From an uncultured delta proteobacterium (lineage in GTDB: Bacteria > Myxococcota_A > Polyangia > Polyangiales > Polyangiaceae), in assembly GCA_963841435.1 (NCBI GenBank), contig CAWJCS010000001.1, forward strand, positions 32,001 through 96,000: DNA of 64,000 nucleotides, in the 5' to 3' direction. Shown piece by piece: positions 63,616 through 64,000 of the stretch. The translations under genes and the position numbers were made by a program. The notes under the pieces were generated by a model. It was given only the letters and a program-made list of their open reading frames with translations, had not been told where the DNA came from and did no database searches. Numbering within the stretch: position 1 is the first letter of the stretch; each line of letters begins with the position of its first letter.

Positions 63616-64000
63616 TCAAAGCAGGAGCACGGCCTGCTCACCCGGGCCGTGCACACCCTCGATGAGGATGCCCTCGATGTCGGCCGTCTTGGAAGGCCCG
63701 GTGACCCAGATGACGTTCGGATCGTCGCCGAGCGTCCGCAGCGCATCGAGCACCGTCCCAAGCAGGTCTCGCCGGTCGAGCACGGCGACGTGGATCCACG
63801 GTGCGAGCGCTCCGAGGCGGCGCAACGTCCCTCGGTCGGTGAGCACCACGCTGCCCGTCTCGGCGATGCCGGCGGTCGCGCGCGTGATGCCGAACGCGTA
63901 GTCGTCGACGCGCGCTTCGTCGAACACCGGGTCGAGCACGAGGCTACCGAACGAAGGCGCGAGCGCCGGTACGAGGCTCGGATCGACGTAGCCGCGGCGC
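63616..64000 (-). CDS. lutC: LUD domain protein (LutC/YkgG-like), 5' end outside the window
   Basis: GIAETGSVVL, LAPWIHVAV, TGPSKTADIEGILIEGVHGP; frame open to the window edge. Confidence 0.88.
   Translation of the reverse strand, partial: RRGYVDPSLVPALAPSFGSLVLDPVFDEARVDDYAFGITRATAGIAETGSVVLTDRGTLRRLGALAPWIHVAVLDRRDLLGTVLDALRTLGDDPNVIWVTGPSKTADIEGILIEGVHGPGEQAVLLL

Noticed and set aside
1-64000. CRISPR arrays, tRNA/rRNA genes, IS elements, integrases and prophage genes
   Set aside because: I saw no regularly spaced repeat-spacer pattern, cloverleaf or rRNA-like segment, or transposase, integrase or phage motif. All repeats found lie within coding linkers or EGF units.

Overview
This is a 64-kb, very GC-rich chromosomal segment, most likely from a myxobacterium of the Polyangiaceae/Sorangiineae type. 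That placement is inferred from Gly-rich-linker lipoproteins, stand-alone PilZ proteins, a Cys-rich vWA lipoprotein and a sigma54 promoter. It holds about 58 protein genes; I recognised no rRNA, tRNA, CRISPR array, transposase or integrase. Housekeeping genes: aroC, chorismate mutase, mfd, purM, pal-tolQRAB, a PpiD-like PPIase, an M16 peptidase, a DinG-family helicase, a PBP transpeptidase and an acyl-CoA dehydrogenase. Phosphate functions: OprO/P-like porin with pstS, two-domain PPK2 (pap) and phoH. c-di-GMP components: two PilZ proteins and a GAF/HD-GYP protein. Pectin and sugar-acid catabolism: PL11 and PL1 lyases, an enolase-superfamily enzyme, an SDR, a Gfo/Idh/MocA enzyme and a LUD protein. 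The most notable items are: (1) a translationally coupled four-gene operon of three beta-propeller-like lipoproteins plus an outer-membrane beta-barrel, behind a near-consensus sigma54 promoter (40530-46730); (2) a lipoprotein with eight Notch/cubilin-like Ca-binding EGF repeats; (3) a receiver domain fused to a histone-H1-like tail; (4) three independent +1 frameshifts, each repairable at the same GTTCGA hexamer, in a window that also encodes an orphan N6-adenine methyltransferase, which suggests methylation-linked base-calling errors. Further apparent frameshifts at homopolymers suggest a long-read assembly. All family assignments come from reading motifs by eye, not from database searches.
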